From Chthonomonadaceae bacterium (lineage in GTDB: Bacteria; Armatimonadota; Chthonomonadetes; Chthonomonadales; Chthonomonadaceae), in assembly GCA_035650735.1 (NCBI GenBank), contig DASRGZ010000031.1:1-46423 (forward strand): a DNA stretch of 46,423 nt. Direction: 5' to 3'. The stretch's first letter is position 1, and the number at the start of each line of letters is the position of its first letter. Under the pieces are notes generated by a model, which saw nothing but the letters and a program-made list of their open reading frames with translations, was not told the DNA's origin and made no database searches. This document shows positions 43,881 to 46,423 of the stretch, piece by piece. The position numbers were made by a program, and so were the translations under genes.

Positions 43881-45974
43881 ATGGCACGAGAATATCCTTT
43901 AGAAAAAACACGCAATATTGGCATTGCCGCGCACATTGATGCCGGCAAGACGACCTGTACCGAACGTATCCTCTTCTATACGGGGCGCACGCACAAGCTC
44001 GGCGAAGTCCATGAAGGGGCCGCGACGATGGACTGGATGGTTCAGGAGCAGGAGCGCGGTATCACCATTACCTCTGCGGCGACCACCTGCTTCTGGAAGG
44101 GCCATCGCATCAACATCATTGACACGCCCGGCCACGTAGACTTTACCGTTGAGGTCGAGCGCTCTATGCGCGTCCTGGACGGCGTTATCGCCATCTTCTG
44201 CGCCGTCGGCGGCGTGCAGCCGCAGTCGGAGACGGTCTGGCGGCAGGCCAACAAGTACAAAGTGCCGCGCATCGCCTTCGTCAACAAGATGGACCGCATG
44301 GGCGCCAACTTCTACAGCGTCGTCGAGAAGATCCGCGAGCGCCTGGGCGCCAATGCCGTTCCCATCCAGCTGCCGATTGGCGCGGAGGCCAACTTCGTCG
44401 GCGTCGTGGACCTGATTAATATGAACGCCACCCGCTATCTGGACGACCTGGGCCAGAAGCAGGAGACCATCGAGATCCCCGCCGATATGCTGGAGATGGC
44501 CAACGAGTACCACACCAAGCTGGTGGAGGCCGTCGCCGAAATAGATGAGGCGCTGATCGAGAAGTATCTGGAAGGCGAGCCCATCTCGGTTGAGGAGATC
44601 AAGGCGGCGCTGCGCAAGGGCACGGTAGAGGGCACCATCGTTCCGGTGCTTTGCGGCTCGGCCTATAAGAACAAGGGCGTGCAGCTGCTGCTGGATGCCG
44701 TCGTGGACTACCTGCCCGCGCCCAACGACGTGGAGGCCATTCCCGGCGTCAACCCGAACAAGGGCGAGCCGGAGGTGCGTCATCCCTCCGATAGCGAGCC
44801 GTTCAGCGCGCTGGCCTTTAAGATCGCCACGGACAAGTACGGCCTGCTGACCTTCTTCCGCGTCTACTCCGGCACGCTGTCCACCGGGCAGACCGTGCTG
44901 AACGCGACCAAGGGCCGGAAGGAGCGCGTGGGCCGCATCGTGCGTATGCACGCCAACAGCCGTGAGGATGTGGATCAGGTCTTTGCCGGCGACATCGCCG
45001 CTATTGTCGGCCTCAAGGACACCCAGACCGGCGACACGCTCTGCGATGAGAAGCATCCGATCCTGCTGGAGAGCATCACGTTCCCCGAGCCGGTCATCTC
45101 CATCGCCATCGAGCCCAAGACCAAGGCCGACCAGGATAAGCTAGCGACCGCGCTGCAAAAGCTGGCGACCGAGGACCCAACCTTCCGCGTCCATACCGAC
45201 CCGGAGACGGCGCAGACCATCCTCAGCGGCATGGGCGAGCTTCAGCTAGACATCAAGATTGACATCCTGAAGCGCGAGTACAACGTCGAGGCGAACTACG
45301 GCGCGCCGCAGGTGGCCTATCGCGAGAGCATCCACCAGAAGGCGGTCGCGCGTGTGCCGTTCAAGCGTCAGACGGGCGGCTCCGGCCAGTACGGCGACTG
45401 CGAGCTTGAGATCGAGCCGCTGGAGAGCGGACAGGGCTTTGAGTTCGTCAACAAGATCGTCGGCGGCTCCATTCCGAAAGAGTACATTCCCGCCATTGAG
45501 AAGGGCGTCAGGGAAGCGATGGAGAGCGGCGTCGTGGCTGGGTATCCGGTCGTGGATGTGCGCGTCTCCGTGGTGGACGGCTCGTACCATGAGGTCGACT
45601 CGTCGGAAATCGCCTTCAAGGTGGCCGCCAACCAGACGATGCGGGAAGCCATGCGCAAGGGGCGCGCCTATCTCAAAGAGCCGATCATGGCCGTCGAGGT
45701 GGTGACGCCGGAGAACTTCATGGGCGACGTCATCGGCGACATCAACCGCCGCCGGGGCCGCGTCGAAGGCATGGAGCCAGGTCCGGGAGGCACGCAGACT
45801 ATCCGCGCCCAGGTGCCGCTGGCCGAAATGTTCGGCTACGCCACCGAACTGCGCGGTATGACGCAGGGCCGCGCGTCGTTTAGCATGGAGCCCTCGCACT
45901 ACGAGGAGGTTCCCCGCAACGTCGCCGAGGAGCTGCTGGCCAAAGTACAGGGCAAGCAACTGGCCAAGGCGTAG
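43881..45974 (+). CDS. fusA: Elongation factor G
   Basis: [35 protein letters not shown]. Confidence 0.99.
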   Translation: MAREYPLEKTRNIGIAAHIDAGKTTCTERILFYTGRTHKLGEVHEGAATMDWMVQEQERGITITSAATTCFWKGHRINIIDTPGHVDFTVEVERSMRVLDGVIAIFCAVGGVQPQSETVWRQANKYKVPRIAFVNKMDRMGANFYSVVEKIRERLGANAVPIQLPIGAEANFVGVVDLINMNATRYLDDLGQKQETIEIPADMLEMANEYHTKLVEAVAEIDEALIEKYLEGEPISVEEIKAALRKGTVEGTIVPVLCGSAYKNKGVQLLLDAVVDYLPAPNDVEAIPGVNPNKGEPEVRHPSDSEPFSALAFKIATDKYGLLTFFRVYSGTLSTGQTVLNATKGRKERVGRIVRMHANSREDVDQVFAGDIAAIVGLKDTQTGDTLCDEKHPILLESITFPEPVISIAIEPKTKADQDKLATALQKLATEDPTFRVHTDPETAQTILSGMGELQLDIKIDILKREYNVEANYGAPQVAYRESIHQKAVARVPFKRQTGGSGQYGDCELEIEPLESGQGFEFVNKIVGGSIPKEYIPAIEKGVREAMESGVVAGYPVVDVRVSVVDGSYHEVDSSEIAFKVAANQTMREAMRKGRAYLKEPIMAVEVVTPENFMGDVIGDINRRRGRVEGMEPGPGGTQTIRAQVPLAEMFGYATELRGMTQGRASFSMEPSHYEEVPRNVAEELLAKVQGKQLAKA

Positions 45975-45975
45975 T

Positions 45976-46130
45976 ACCTAACCCCCCATCCGGCAGGCTA
46001 AACCCTGCCGCTGTGTGACCTACGGCCCTCTGCCCGCCTACGCGGGCAGAAAGCGTCGTCCACGCAGGTGGGCGGTGGGCGCAAAGCGCCCCCGAGCGAC
46101 AGGGTTTAGCCTGCCGGAAGGGGGTGAGGT
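45976..46130. repeat. REP family B element flanked by family C arms
   Basis: CCGGCAGGCTAAACCCTG ... CAGGGTTTAGCCTGCCGG inverted arms. Confidence 0.85.
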
Positions 46131-46282
46131 CGGTTAGGGGTGCATTCTAAAAATTCGGGAACGATGGCGCGTCAGAGAGGCGCAATCTCTGACGCGCCAT
46201 TCGTCGCCCCTTATGAAAAGGCCATTTCCCGTAGCGCCCAACAGGAATGGGCGCGGATCAAACCAGGAGAGGATCAACTATA

Positions 46283-46423
46283 ATGGGAAAGCAGCGTTTT
46301 GAGCGGACCAAGCCCCATGTCAACATCGGCACCATCGGCCATGTCGACCACGGCAAGACCAGCCTCACCTCCGCCATCACTCGCGTCCTGGCCGACGCCG
46401 GCAAGGCCAAGGCCCTCAAGTAC
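46283..46423 (+). CDS. tuf: Elongation factor Tu (5' partial)
   Basis: [26 protein letters not shown]; runs off the window. Confidence 0.98.
   Translation, partial: MGKQRFERTKPHVNIGTIGHVDHGKTSLTSAITRVLADAGKAKALKY

Overview
GC-rich bacterial chromosomal segment. The taxonomy is inferred: three prepilin/H-X9-DG (DUF1559-like) genes, a DUF6785-like membrane protein and a redoxin-copper monooxygenase fusion suggest Armatimonadota (Chthonomonas-like). From left to right the window holds: a decaying secreted GlcG-cupin/gluconolactonase operon; a prepilin-like gene cluster with TPR and small membrane proteins; an OmpR-family two-component system flanked by three copies of a likely binding box; a Tat-exported dioxygenase, a cytochrome c and a serine hydrolase; a DUF6599-DUF362-polyferredoxin-aldo/keto reductase operon; housekeeping and sugar genes (M55 peptidase, ABC-F, PqaA, nfo, GH5-like lipoprotein, oxidoreductases); an orphan DUF2357/McrC-like nuclease; and the str operon (rpsL-rpsG-fusA-tuf, the last partial). 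Intergenic DNA is full of nested REP/MITE-like palindromes, but no transposase, tRNA, rRNA or cas gene is visible. The most striking signals are four. (1) A perfect 30-bp duplication brackets a foreign 38-bp fragment inside a prepilin gene; this is the geometry of an off-target CRISPR spacer integration, and older repeat-filler-repeat scars occur elsewhere in the window. (2) A candidate two-component regulon links prepilin-like proteins to a Spy/CpxP-like protein. (3) A terminator/antiterminator leader lies upstream of rpsL. (4) A 96-bp REP composite is translated in frame inside an enzyme. All family names come from motif recognition, not from database searches.
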